Of a stretch of 64,000 nucleotides of DNA, positions 28,551 to 37,863 are shown in pieces. The position numbers and the translations under genes are program-made. The DNA comes from a virus. Location: UHGV virus genome UHGV-0057186; one strand, written 5' to 3'. The notes under the pieces are model-generated. The model did not search any database, had not been told where the DNA came from, and worked only from the letters and a program-made list of their open reading frames with translations. Positions within the stretch are counted from its first letter, which is position 1. The number at the start of each line of letters is the position of its first letter.

Positions 28551-29127
28551 ATTCTCTACATTCCTTAACAAATTTTTCTAGTAATAAATCGCTTTCAAAA
28601 CTAGGATTTTCCACGAATTTATCAAAAAGATCATCAACAATAGTTAAGATATTCTTTTTACTAAGAATACGCTTATTTTCATATTTTGTTTCAGAGTCAA
28701 CTATAAGAGTAAAGAAATATTTCTTTCCCTGAAATTTTACCGTAGTATCAATATAAAATAAATTTGACTTTTGTAAATTACGTTTAAACCATGCGTCACT
28801 TAAACTATAAACGCCAAGATAATCAAAATCGTCGTTTAAATAACATACTGTCCATTCAGGAGAAATGAAATCAGTAAATTCAACATCAAAATCACACGTC
28901 AATGAATGAATTGATTCAATACTGTTAATGAGTATTCCAGGACGTATTAAAGACTTTTTACCTCTAGAAAATCTTCCGGAAAGGCTTTCATCAGTTTCAT
29001 ATGAAGACCCCCAATAGTAATTACGTCCTTCTGCCATGCGTTTAAGAGCATTTAGTAATTGGTCTGGAACATCAACCTGTCTTTGGAACTCTTCAAACAT
29101 TGAATTGAAATCACTTTGCATTTTCAT
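28519..29127 (-). CDS. hypothetical protein (202 aa)
   Basis: soluble N-terminal part; C-terminal FVKECREYVK junction motif. Confidence 0.55.
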   Translation of the reverse strand: MKMQSDFNSMFEEFQRQVDVPDQLLNALKRMAEGRNYYWGSSYETDESLSGRFSRGKKSLIRPGILINSIESIHSLTCDFDVEFTDFISPEWTVCYLNDDFDYLGVYSLSDAWFKRNLQKSNLFYIDTTVKFQGKKYFFTLIVDSETKYENKRILSKKNILTIVDDLFDKFVENPSFESDLLLEKFVKECREYVKAINVSSK

Positions 29128-29145
29128 TCCTATTTACTCCAAGTA

Positions 29146-29165
29146 TAAGGGGCCGAAGCCCCTTA
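29146..29165 (-). terminator. stable GC hairpin (possible terminator or RNA end-protection)
   Basis: TAAGGGGC-CGAA-GCCCCTTA, no clear U-run. Confidence 0.3.
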
Positions 29166-29168
29166 TCA

Positions 29169-29762
29169 TTATTTCAGAGAATTAATGTATTCCTGAACAT
29201 CGGCAGAGGTAGTTTCAACCCCAGAAATATTACCGTTAAAGGTTTCAACTCGAGCAAGGGTATCTTCAATATCAACCTTAGTCAGTGCTGCAATTTCAAC
29301 TACATCATCAGCAGTACTAATTCCAAGGGCATTTGCTGCACGAGTTTCACGGATATATTCCAATTTAACCGCAAGTTCTTGACGAGCATCATCTAACTCA
29401 ACTACTTTCTTGGCGATTTCAATTCGCATTTCAGCATAACCGTCAGCCTTAGTAGTCAACTGCTCAGCTGTTCGACGATATAGTAAACCGAGTTTAGCAT
29501 GCATTGTTACATCTTGGCCTTCGGAAAGAAGTTTACGAATTTCACGCTCTTTTGATTCGGCCTGTCGATTCTTTTCGATAACAAGTTCACGAATACGTTT
29601 TTCTTCGTTAATAGATTTAACAGAAGCAGTTTTTAGATCTTTAATTTTATCAAGTAGTTTTGCTGCTGCAGCAGTATACTGTTCTTCGACAGATAGATTT
29701 TTAGCCATAGCAGAACCAAGTTTAGTGCGAATAAACTCAACAATTTTCTTCAGTGTGTTCAT
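29169..29762 (-). CDS. coiled-coil protein (197 aa)
   Basis: long predicted helices; composition reminiscent of PspA-like proteins but unverified. Confidence 0.55.
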   Translation of the reverse strand: MNTLKKIVEFIRTKLGSAMAKNLSVEEQYTAAAAKLLDKIKDLKTASVKSINEEKRIRELVIEKNRQAESKEREIRKLLSEGQDVTMHAKLGLLYRRTAEQLTTKADGYAEMRIEIAKKVVELDDARQELAVKLEYIRETRAANALGISTADDVVEIAALTKVDIEDTLARVETFNGNISGVETTSADVQEYINSLK

Positions 29763-29866
29763 AGTATTTCCTTAGGTTGATTAAGATTTAAAATCCGTAA
29801 AAGTAGTATTATACTCTATCATCAAGTTACAGGCTCATAATATCTCAATCATGAGCCTATGTAAAC

Positions 29867-30130
29867 TTATTTCATATTATTAAAATATTCTTCTGCGATT
29901 TCGTCGTTATCGTGGTAAACTTTAGAAGACAGTTTAACATAACCTTCAGCAGTGAACATATTAATCACAACCTTTACAGTATACCACTGTCCGTCTTCAT
30001 TACCCATTACTGCGTAAGTTTCAAACATCGGATGGTCAGGACCGATAACTTTAATATCATTCACTGTACGACCAAAATCTTCTGAAACGCATTTCATAAA
30101 GAAGTTGAACAGTTCGCCGTAATTATCCAT
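29867..30130 (-). CDS. hypothetical protein (87 aa)
   Basis: start MDNYGELFNFF with GGAG SD; promoter cassette upstream. Confidence 0.5.
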   Translation of the reverse strand: MDNYGELFNFFMKCVSEDFGRTVNDIKVIGPDHPMFETYAVMGNEDGQWYTVKVVINMFTAEGYVKLSSKVYHDNDEIAEEYFNNMK

Positions 30131-30173
30131 TTCATTCTCCAAGTTGTTTTTCTGTATCAGTAGTTGATAGTTG

Positions 30174-30204
30174 TATAGTACCATGGAAGAACAGTCTTGT
30201 AAAC
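30174..30204 (-). promoter_or_regulatory. early promoter cassette (GTTTAC / TACTATA)
   Basis: near-identical to cassette at 12514-12544. Confidence 0.55.
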
Positions 30205-30338
30205 CATTTTGTGAAAAAAAAATTTTTAAAAGTTTTAGGGAATTCTAGGGAGGGATGGGCAATTAAAGGATAGGATAATATATTATAAAGGGTATAAACT
30301 AAATGATGCCTAGAGAGGTCCAGAAAGGCCTAGATACC

Positions 30339-30363
30339 AAAAAGCCCTATCATTTAGATAGGG
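30339..30363 (-). terminator. intrinsic terminator
   Basis: CCCTATC-TAAAT-GATAGGG hairpin followed by CTTTTT on minus strand after stop at 30372. Confidence 0.5.
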
Positions 30364-30371
30364 ATTTAAAA

Positions 30372-30656
30372 TTATTTGCTTAGTTTAGTTATTATAGCTT
30401 CTGCGGCAGCTTTTAGCTTAGATGCGGTGTTAATACGATTTTTAATTTCAGTATACGCATCGCCAAGAACATCAAGGCTATCGGAATAAACACTTACACT
30501 ATTGCGTTCGCTATTTGAAATAGAACCTTTAGTTTTGCGATCAAAATCGGTGTACACGTCTTGAAGATCACGGGCTGCCTTCTTTGCATCATCCAATGCC
30601 ATTGCTTCCATGGCCCAGTGTGTTTCAGGGTCTATGTTTTCAATCTCACGGGTCAA
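30372..30656 (-). CDS. hypothetical protein (94 aa, TTG start) or 3' part of a gene interrupted by an in-frame TAA
   Basis: frame continues upstream through TAA (30687-30689) to ATG 30741-30743 with GAGGA SD; GGGAG precedes the TTG. Confidence 0.4.
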   Translation of the reverse strand: MTREIENIDPETHWAMEAMALDDAKKAARDLQDVYTDFDRKTKGSISNSERNSVSVYSDSLDVLGDAYTEIKNRINTASKLKAAAEAIITKLSK

Positions 30657-30777
30657 TGCAACTCCCAGGTCTTTTGCAAATTTTTGTTATTCAGGAGTTA
30701 ATGAATCATATAACTTTTTCATTTCTTTATCTTCAATATTCATAATATTTTCCTCAAGGGGCTTTCGCCCCAATCAT

Positions 30778-31083
30778 TTAGATTTTATTTTCCTGCACAC
30801 CATAATACAGTTCATCAGACACGATATTCAGGATGCGGCGAACATATTCATCATGGTAACGACATTCAAAATCAAATTCAACTGTAGTTTCTGCTTCACG
30901 AGTAAATTTAACAACCACATTCAGGTGGTTAACAACTTTAGTAAAGCTGTCAGTAAAGAACTCTTTTGCTACTGCTTGTTGTACTTGTACTTTATACTTT
31001 GTATTGCGAATCATGTTTTCAGCTGATGCGAAATTACCAGTTTTATCAAAGTCAACAAGCGCCAGGTTGATGATGAATTTCAT
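30778..31083 (-). CDS. hypothetical protein (101 aa)
   Basis: start MKFIINLALVDF preferred; upstream extension in track lacks SD. Confidence 0.5.
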   Translation of the reverse strand: MKFIINLALVDFDKTGNFASAENMIRNTKYKVQVQQAVAKEFFTDSFTKVVNHLNVVVKFTREAETTVEFDFECRYHDEYVRRILNIVSDELYYGVQENKI

Positions 31084-31192
31084 TTTATTATCCCGTTTGT
31101 TTATTTGGTAACTCAGTATGGGATAATTATACACCCGGTCAATTCGGATGTACACTACTTTTTGAAGAAAATTTCAAATTTATTCGGGGTAT

Positions 31193-31220
31193 AAAAAAGC
31201 CCCAACCTTTTGGTCGGGGC
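31193..31220 (-). terminator. intrinsic terminator
   Basis: GCCCCGACC-AAAA-GGTTGGGGC hairpin followed by TTTTTT on minus strand. Confidence 0.55.
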
Positions 31221-31365
31221 TAAGAATGTTATTTGATTTGTTTAGCAGACCAAATGCGGTCTTTGATGATTTTTTGGAGGTCTTCAACATACTCTAGGTC
31301 ATGAGCATGTGGATTATCTTTAAAACTATAAGCTCGCGCAAGTTTCTGGCCTTCGGTCTTAATTA

Positions 31366-31689
31366 TCAAAAGTTCTTTAAGAATTGCTTCATACCTAGAG
31401 ATAATTCCTTTAGCAATATTTTTTCTTGTGCTGCTTTAGGGTCAGCCTTAGGAGCAGGTTTACCAGAAGGTTTTTCGAAAGCCGCGCCAGTAGCAACCAG
31501 GCTTTTCCAGGCGGTGGTAACATAGTTACCCACAAAGCCTTCAGCTCTCATATCGTCGTAGAACTTGTACCGAGATTCGTCAGAAGCATCTTTATAAGAA
31601 TATTTACCAGCTTTAATAGCAGCAGTTGCTACAGCGCGAACATCTGAAGCGGATGCTTCGGTCATTAAAAATTGAGCATAAGTTTTCAT
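31366..31689 (-). CDS. internal-protein-like (capsid-targeting N-terminus)
   Basis: MKTYAQFLMTEASA start; AGGAAA SD; late promoter upstream. Confidence 0.55.
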   Translation of the reverse strand: MKTYAQFLMTEASASDVRAVATAAIKAGKYSYKDASDESRYKFYDDMRAEGFVGNYVTTAWKSLVATGAAFEKPSGKPAPKADPKAAQEKILLKELSLGMKQFLKNF

Positions 31690-31717
31690 TGTTATTTCCT
31701 GTGTTAATTAACTCATC

Positions 31718-31725
31718 TATTTATA
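31718..31725 (-). promoter_or_regulatory. late promoter (TATAAATA)
   Basis: minus-strand TATAAATA about 30 nt upstream of ATG of 31366..31689. Confidence 0.5.
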
Positions 31726-31727
31726 CC

Positions 31728-31754
31728 AAAAAGCCCCAACCTTTCGGCTGGGGC
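31728..31754 (-). terminator. intrinsic terminator closing the tRNA/stable-RNA transcription unit
   Basis: GCCCCAGCC-GAAA-GGTTGGGGC hairpin followed by TTTTT on minus strand. Confidence 0.55.
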
Positions 31755-31804
31755 TAAGCCTTGCGGCAACCTTGTCGGGGTTCCACCTGCTAAGGCAAGT
31801 GTTT

Positions 31805-31964
31805 GTACGAAACGCCGGGATTCGAACCCGGTTATTAAGTAGTTGACGCTACTCAATATTTTTAAAAGGCCATATCTCGACCATATCCGAACGTTCCGTC
31901 AAAAACGCTACTCGGCTTATGGCAAAGATATTTCCTCGAATCGATAATTCGGTGCGCCGTTTCT
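31805..31964 (-). ncRNA. candidate stable structured RNA (T4 species-1/2-like)
   Basis: ~160-nt non-coding stretch with tRNA-like T-arm CCGGG-TTCGAAT-CCCGG and terminal pairing GAAACG/CGTTTC; bounded by terminator; boundaries approximate. Confidence 0.3.
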
Positions 31965-32042
31965 GCTGTGATGTAAGAGGGCATCAATAAACGTAAAGAT
32001 TATTAACGCAATTCCTTACTCAGGGAACATCAGTCCGACGAC

Positions 32043-32597
32043 TTACCGGTAGCGACCCGGTTTCTCATTTGGTATTTCAAATTGTGTAGATTTAGTATCT
32101 AATTTTTTAACTATGGAACTTATGTCATGAAAGAAAAACCATTCGCCATTTATATGGTCCTGATTATAAATGCTGTGCATATATTTTTCAAGTTCTACTG
32201 CATCCTGGGAATATCTAAATGATACTATTTTAAAACTTTTAAACGGTGAAAATGTATTTGCTGTTATAACTCTAACATCAGGTTCTATACTTCTTCCTAT
32301 TTTATAATAATTAGGATTTGTAGTATCTACCATTATGTATACGAAAGCCTGTCGATAGCTTTTTTCTATATCAAATTCATCTTTAAATTTCAAAAGATTT
32401 AGGGCGGCAGTCCTACAAAATACTTTCCATTTTGACAAGCGTTTGGCTTCAGTCATAGAAAAGAATTTTTTCTTATCTGTTATTTTAAGAAAAGCAACAT
32501 TTTCAATTAGTTCTTGTGTTATTTCAAAATTACCACGGTATATTAATCCAGCTTTTATAGCCAAATTAATTTGGTCCCAGTCTACATCACTTCTCAT
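32043..32597 (-). CDS. T5orf172-type (GIY-YIG superfamily) domain protein
   Basis: C-terminal half FVYIMVDTTNPNYYKIGRS...R...E...H...EWFF fits the T5orf172 pattern; sits inside the tRNA/stable-RNA locus. Confidence 0.6.
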   Translation of the reverse strand: MRSDVDWDQINLAIKAGLIYRGNFEITQELIENVAFLKITDKKKFFSMTEAKRLSKWKVFCRTAALNLLKFKDEFDIEKSYRQAFVYIMVDTTNPNYYKIGRSIEPDVRVITANTFSPFKSFKIVSFRYSQDAVELEKYMHSIYNQDHINGEWFFFHDISSIVKKLDTKSTQFEIPNEKPGRYR

Positions 32598-32618
32598 AAT
32601 ATTATTCTCTCAATAATT

Positions 32619-32695
32619 TGGCCAGGGTGAAAGGATTCTAACCTTTAACCTGCGGTTTAGAGGACCGCTACTCTATACAATTGAGTTACACCCCG
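32619..32695 (-). tRNA. tRNA-Arg (anticodon UCU)
   Basis: manual cloverleaf: acceptor CGGGGUG/CACCCUG, anticodon stem GCGGU/ACCGC, loop CCUCUAA, T-arm AAAGG-UUAGAAU-CCUUU, CCA encoded. Confidence 0.7.
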
Positions 32696-32820
32696 TAATT
32701 AGTTCACAGCAATACCTACTCCAACAATCAAGATGTCTTCACACGAAATTAAGAGAAGAGTGATCAGTTTAACCCCTATAATCGCGTCAAGTGATATTAA
32801 TGTGACAACTGTCACAAGTT

Positions 32821-32895
32821 TGGCGGACGTGATAGGATTCGAACCTATAACAAATCGCTTAACAGGCGATCGCTCTGCCATTGAGCTACACATCC
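32821..32895 (-). tRNA. tRNA-Asn (anticodon GUU)
   Basis: manual cloverleaf: acceptor GGAUGUG/CACGUCC, anticodon loop CUGUUAA, T-arm AUAGG-UUCGAAU-CCUAU, CCA encoded. Confidence 0.7.
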
Positions 32896-32899
32896 AAAT

Positions 32900-32986
32900 T
32901 GGTGGGGAGTGATGGAGTCGAACCACCCGAGTCGCAATGACAATGGATTTACAGTCCACACCGCTACCTCTACGGGATAACTCCCC
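32900..32986 (-). tRNA. tRNA-Tyr (anticodon GUA), type II with long variable arm
   Basis: acceptor GGGGAGU/ACUCCCC, anticodon stem GUGGA/UCCAU loop CUGUAAA, T-arm GGUGG-UUCGACU-CCAUC, CCA encoded. Confidence 0.7.
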
Positions 32987-32995
32987 AAATTAATT

Positions 32996-33070
32996 TGGTG
33001 GCCCTGGGTGGAATTGAACCACCATCTGGCGATTATGAGTCGCTTGCTTGAACCTTCCAGCTACAGGGCC
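32996..33070 (-). tRNA. tRNA-Ile (anticodon CAU, presumably modified) or tRNA-Met
   Basis: acceptor GGCCCUG/CAGGGCC, anticodon loop CUCAUAA; corresponds to T4 tRNA-Ile position next to tRNA-Thr. Confidence 0.75.
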
Positions 33071-33071
33071 T

Positions 33072-33147
33072 TGGTGCTGATTGACGGAATCGAACCGCCG
33101 ACCTTCTCATTACAAGTGAGTTGCTCTACCTACTGAGCTAAATCAGC
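33072..33147 (-). tRNA. tRNA-Thr (anticodon UGU)
   Basis: reverse complement reads GCUGAUUUAGCUCAGUAGGUAGAGCAACUCACUUGUAAUGAG..., as T4 tRNA-Thr. Confidence 0.9.
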
Positions 33148-33152
33148 AAAAC

Positions 33153-33242
33153 TGGCGGAGGCGATAGGATTTGAACCTATGAGTCGCCGGAGCGACTGCC
33201 GGTTTTCAAGACCGGTGCATTAAACCACTCTGCCACGCCTCC
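33153..33242 (-). tRNA. tRNA-Ser (anticodon UGA), type II
   Basis: reads GGAGGCGUGGCAGAGUGGUUUAAUGCACCGGUCUUGAAAACCGG...; long variable arm. Confidence 0.9.
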
Positions 33243-33244
33243 AG

Positions 33245-33318
33245 TCTCCATACAAGGATTTGAACCTTGGACCTCCTGATCCCAAATCAGGCGCTCTACC
33301 AAACTGAGCTACACGGAG
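33245..33318 (-). tRNA. tRNA-Pro (anticodon UGG)
   Basis: anticodon loop UUUGGGA; T-arm GGUUCAAAUCC; CCA not encoded. Confidence 0.85.
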
Positions 33319-33328
33319 TAAATTAAAT

Positions 33329-33402
<74 letters not shown>

Positions 33403-33407
33403 AAATT

Positions 33408-33494
33408 TGGTGCGAGAAGTGGGACTCGAACCCACAAGGAAATCATTCCGCAGCATTTTAAGTGCTGTGCCTTTACCAATTTGACCATTCTCGC
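33408..33494 (-). tRNA. tRNA-Leu (anticodon UAA), type II
   Basis: reads GCGAGAAUGGUCAAAUUGGUAAAGGCACAGCACUUAAAAUGCUG...; long variable arm; CCA encoded. Confidence 0.9.
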
Positions 33495-33495
33495 G

Positions 33496-33568
33496 CTGGG
33501 AATAAAGGACTCGAACCTTTGCATCCTGGAATCAAAATCCAGTGCCTTACCAACTTGGCTAATTCCCA
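33496..33568 (-). tRNA. tRNA-Gln (anticodon UUG)
   Basis: acceptor UGGGAAU/AUUCCCA, anticodon loop UUUUGAU, T-arm AAAGG-UUCGAGU-CCUUU; CCA not encoded; abuts tRNA-Leu. Confidence 0.85.
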
Positions 33569-33654
33569 ATTATTAACAAAGGCTCTTAAGCAAGAACCCT
33601 TGATGATAGAGGGTATTAATCAGTGCGATATGAGTTAATAATAACAAATAATTC

Positions 33655-34170
33655 TTAAAGCAAATTAAACATTTTAACGGTCGGCAAAACAATTTCTTCT
33701 TCTATATAAGAGTATTTAACACTCTCAACTACACGCAAAAAATCATAATCATAATACTCAGAAGCATTACCTAAAATATTAATAAGTCCTTCAAGCACTT
33801 TATTACCATTCACAAAGAATAAGTCAAATACACGTTCTTCATCTTCTTCAGATTTATTACCAAGATCAACTTCTATGCGAAAGACCTTTTTAATGAATTC
33901 TGGATAAAGCTGGTCTGAGAACAGTCCTTCAACTAAGTATTCATAAATAAAAAGAGATTGCTCGCTGAACAAACCATTACCACAATAGCGCTCAATTTTA
34001 GTACTAGAATATCTGCTTTTAAACTTCTTTAAAAGATACTGAAATTGTAAGATTTCATGCTCTTCTACGCCAAACAGTGTTTTGGTTTTATAGTTGTCAC
34101 CATCATTTTCCCAGGTAGTGACATCAATTACGTAGCCCTGCGGAATTGTAGTACCTAAACAAATATTCAT
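33655..34170 (-). CDS. hypothetical protein (171 aa)
   Basis: ORF in track. Confidence 0.6.
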   Translation of the reverse strand: MNICLGTTIPQGYVIDVTTWENDGDNYKTKTLFGVEEHEILQFQYLLKKFKSRYSSTKIERYCGNGLFSEQSLFIYEYLVEGLFSDQLYPEFIKKVFRIEVDLGNKSEEDEERVFDLFFVNGNKVLEGLINILGNASEYYDYDFLRVVESVKYSYIEEEIVLPTVKMFNLL

Positions 34171-34173
34171 TTT

Positions 34174-34470
34174 TCACCACGCTGCGTTAATGTAAGTATA
34201 TTTAATACATTCAAGACCCAAAGGATTCTTGAAAATATCATATTCAAGAGGACCTTTTTCTGTTTCAATAAAGAAATCAAAATTTACTGTATTAAATTTA
34301 CGGTCTTCCTTCACTAATTTAACTTGTGAAGATGAACGGTCAATGTAAACCTTTTCAACTTCAAAACATGTTAAAATGCCATAATCATCAATCAAGGCTT
34401 TAGCTGCTTCTTGATCATATTTATATCCATTTTCAATGGATGATACTTTAGCATAAAGAATCATTATCAA
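34174..34470 (-). CDS. hypothetical protein (98 aa)
   Basis: ORF in track. Confidence 0.55.
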   Translation of the reverse strand: MIMILYAKVSSIENGYKYDQEAAKALIDDYGILTCFEVEKVYIDRSSSQVKLVKEDRKFNTVNFDFFIETEKGPLEYDIFKNPLGLECIKYTYINAAW

Positions 34471-34868
34471 CCTTCATCAACAACAGTATGCGTATTGGCA
34501 TTTACGATTTGCCACCAATCAAAGCGATTAGAACCATACATCGGTTTGTTTTCATTTTCTTTGATAATGTCACGGAGTTCATCTTCAGAGAATGCTTTAG
34601 CGATTAAATCGGTATACCCACCACGTGGATAATAATTATCACCTGCAAACAAAAGGAAATTTACCTTCCCGGAAGGAACATACGCTTCCTTAGGATACTT
34701 GTTTCCTGCGTGGTCAACCACTTCAATATAACGGTAAGGAATATCGGTTCTTTCAACCCATTGCCATGCCGCTGCAGGGGAATCGAAAGCATCTACACCT
34801 AAACGATTATCTTCATCTTTAGACGGATTATTTTCGTAATCCGCATATACATAATATTCAACGTTCAT
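34467..34868 (-). CDS. hypothetical protein (133 aa)
   Basis: ORF in track; coupled to neighbours. Confidence 0.55.
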   Translation of the reverse strand: MNVEYYVYADYENNPSKDEDNRLGVDAFDSPAAAWQWVERTDIPYRYIEVVDHAGNKYPKEAYVPSGKVNFLLFAGDNYYPRGGYTDLIAKAFSEDELRDIIKENENKPMYGSNRFDWWQIVNANTHTVVDEG

Positions 34869-35053
34869 TATTCACCTTTAGAAATTTTATCCATAACGAT
34901 AGCAATTAAACCAATTAAAAATGCTACTACAAGTGAAAAAACATTTTCTGCCGTAGTCAATAATCCGCATATAAATCCAACAAACATTGAAAAACTGAAA
35001 GCGGAAGCAGAAATTGCAATAGCAACATTTCGAATTAATTCACAGCGTTTCAT
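34868..35053 (-). CDS. small membrane protein (61 aa)
   Basis: start MKRCELIRNVAIAISASAF with GAGGAG SD; two hydrophobic helices. Confidence 0.45.
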   Translation of the reverse strand: MKRCELIRNVAIAISASAFSFSMFVGFICGLLTTAENVFSLVVAFLIGLIAIVMDKISKGE

Positions 35054-35080
35054 TTTATTCTCCTCAGTAGTTGATAGGGT

Positions 35081-35110
35081 AATAGTATCACTACCCCATC
35101 TAAAAGTAAA
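35081..35110 (-). promoter_or_regulatory. early promoter cassette variant (ATTTAC / TACTAT)
   Basis: -35-like TTTACT, TACTAT -10 flanked by GGGTA/TACCC inverted repeat. Confidence 0.4.
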
Positions 35111-35111
35111 T

Positions 35112-35345
35112 TTATTTTTTACGAAAAATTGATTTATTTTCTGCTGCCCATTTTTCAATAACTGCAGCAGGACCAGTAACAACAATTTTATCACCGTAAT
35201 CTTCTGCGGCGAGTTGACCGAAATTATCTAATGCATCACGAAGAACTCCATGAGGCATTTCACCCATTTTATCTTTCTTGCCGGTGTAAATAAACTCAAC
35301 TTTTGCATCAGAAGATTCAGCGATAAATTCTTTGAAAGTTTTCAT
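35112..35345 (-). CDS. internal-protein-like (capsid-targeting N-terminus)
   Basis: MKTFKEFIAESSDAK start; 77 aa; weak SD. Confidence 0.5.
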   Translation of the reverse strand: MKTFKEFIAESSDAKVEFIYTGKKDKMGEMPHGVLRDALDNFGQLAAEDYGDKIVVTGPAAVIEKWAAENKSIFRKK

Positions 35346-35382
35346 TTTAGTTTCCATTCGATTGTTTTGTTTTGATAGGGTA

Positions 35383-35412
35383 ATAGTATCACAACTAAAA
35401 CCCTATGTAAAC
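35383..35412 (-). promoter_or_regulatory. early promoter cassette (GTTTAC / TACTAT)
   Basis: GTTTAC-N18-TACTAT with ATAGGG/CCCTAT inverted repeat. Confidence 0.5.
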
Positions 35413-35424
35413 AACTTTGTGAAA

Positions 35425-35682
35425 TTATTTTAAATCTTCTAATCGTTTCTTCATCTTAGAACCATTTTTAGCAATTTCTCCTGCATCGGAGCATAATGCT
35501 AAAAGTGCTTTAACTTTAGTTTGGTCTCCTTTAAAAGATGAAGGATCGACTGCAGCAGCAAGTTCTTTAATACGAGAGAAAAGACGCTCAGCTTCAGCTA
35601 AAGCCATTCCAAGCTTTACTTCCATACCGTGAGAAGATTCAGTGATAGTAGTTTTTGTAGCAAACTCTTTGAAAGTTTTCAT
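35425..35682 (-). CDS. internal-protein-like (capsid-targeting N-terminus), ipI position
   Basis: MKTFKEFATK start; paralogue of 26076..26357; adjacent to 57B as ipI is in T4. Confidence 0.55.
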   Translation of the reverse strand: MKTFKEFATKTTITESSHGMEVKLGMALAEAERLFSRIKELAAAVDPSSFKGDQTKVKALLALCSDAGEIAKNGSKMKKRLEDLK

Positions 35683-35712
35683 TTTATTTTCCTAATTAAT
35701 TTTGATGAGATA

Positions 35713-35742
35713 ATAGTATCACTATCTCATCAGCATGTAAAC
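35713..35742 (-). promoter_or_regulatory. early promoter cassette (GTTTAC / TACTAT)
   Basis: GTTTAC-N18-TACTAT with GATGAGATA/TATCTCATC inverted repeat. Confidence 0.5.
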
Positions 35743-35754
35743 AACTTTGTGAAA

Positions 35755-36451
<697 letters not shown>

Positions 36452-36452
<1 letters not shown>

Positions 36453-37177
36453 TATAGTACCTTTAGTGTATTTTTAATTTTAGAAAAAAGTTCTTCAAGA
36501 GAACCATCGTTTGTAATTACTAAATCGCCATCACGAATTGGCAATCCAGCTTCTGTAATATGTGTATCATTGGATTTTTGACCAGGACGAACTACATGAA
36601 TTACTGTAGCACCCATCGCCCTAGCCGCATCCATTTCATGATCTTGACGGGTATCAGGAACGATATAATAATCATAACCTGAGTTAAATTTATCAAGATA
36701 ATCTAAAGCAAATAATTTTACCCAGTACATGCGGTCGAAGTTATTAACAATCAAATCCGTACCTAGGGCTTGCATCAGACGACGGACTGACCATTGATCT
36801 TCAATATTATTTATAACGTCAGTAATTTTGTTAAATGCTACGAAATTAACTGATTCTTTTCCTTCGTCGTCAAAAACAAACACGCCTTTAATCGGGCTTT
36901 TACTATTAAGATAGCAAAATGCTTGTTCCATAATCATAATTACTTCTAATTTAGTCAAATTCAAATTAGTCTCACGATCATAGTCAATTCCTTCAAACTC
37001 TTTACGAGTTAAGCAAGGATAATCATTGTTTGCAGCAAATACACCCCATGCATAAGCCAATGCATCCTTAATAGGACCAGCAAGTTGATATTTAACTGCA
37101 GAATAATTATTCATGATAAAATCTGCAGTAGTATCTTTTCCACTACGCTTTACACCACTTAAAAAGATTAGTTTCAT
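36452..37177 (-). CDS. 1: deoxynucleoside monophosphate kinase
   Basis: 241 aa; P-loop GVKRSGKDT; T4 gene 1 synteny. Confidence 0.9.
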
Positions 37178-37226
37178 GTGTTTCTCCTCAAATTTAGTTA
37201 AGATTATAACACATGAAACTGAAGCA

Positions 37227-37757
37227 TTAAACTTCTGCTATAATTTTGCCATCTTTTTCTACTTGAAAATACGTATAAGGAATCGTTGCTGTGCATACTA
37301 AAGCCGGGTCTGAATCTTCCGTGTAGCTAAATTCTACTTCAGACAGGTCAGAAACCCAGGGCTTATAAAAATTTATTGACATCACGATTTCAGTTTTACT
37401 ATTATCTAAAATGTAAAGCGTAATGTATTCAGGACCTGTTTTTTGGGCAGTATTTTCGCCTGTAAGATAGTTACTAGTTCCTAACATCCATTCATACATT
37501 CCTATCCACGACTTAAGTTCTTCATCAACTATAAATCTCACAATGAGTGGATCATACTCAAATGTAACACCTGGACGTTGTGCTCGACCCAGGCCAAATG
37601 GCCCAGTCACGGTATCAGTAACAGGTATCCTAATTCCTGGAATAGGAACTGACTGAGCATTTAAAGTAAAAGCAGATGTAGTATTACTATGCGGTATTGA
37701 TACTACAAAGTTAGTTGTATTTGCTTGGTTAAAAATTTGTTGCAGTGCTTGCGACAT
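37227..37757 (-). CDS. 3: tail completion and sheath stabiliser protein gp3
   Basis: 176 aa from MSQALQQIF with GAGGA SD; track ORF extended upstream. Confidence 0.8.
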   Translation of the reverse strand: MSQALQQIFNQANTTNFVVSIPHSNTTSAFTLNAQSVPIPGIRIPVTDTVTGPFGLGRAQRPGVTFEYDPLIVRFIVDEELKSWIGMYEWMLGTSNYLTGENTAQKTGPEYITLYILDNSKTEIVMSINFYKPWVSDLSEVEFSYTEDSDPALVCTATIPYTYFQVEKDGKIIAEV

Positions 37758-37863
37758 ATATTCCTCATAATGCTTTATAAATGTTGGTGGTATAATGGGT
37801 CTAAGTCCCTTCCATTCAATTCCAATTAGAACAAACAATAGAAAAGAATGGAAGATAATAGAA

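Noticed and set aside
30610-31026. Plus-strand 138-aa ORF 30610..31026
   Set aside because: Antisense to two coupled minus-strand genes; low-complexity translation; no promoter or SD on the plus strand.
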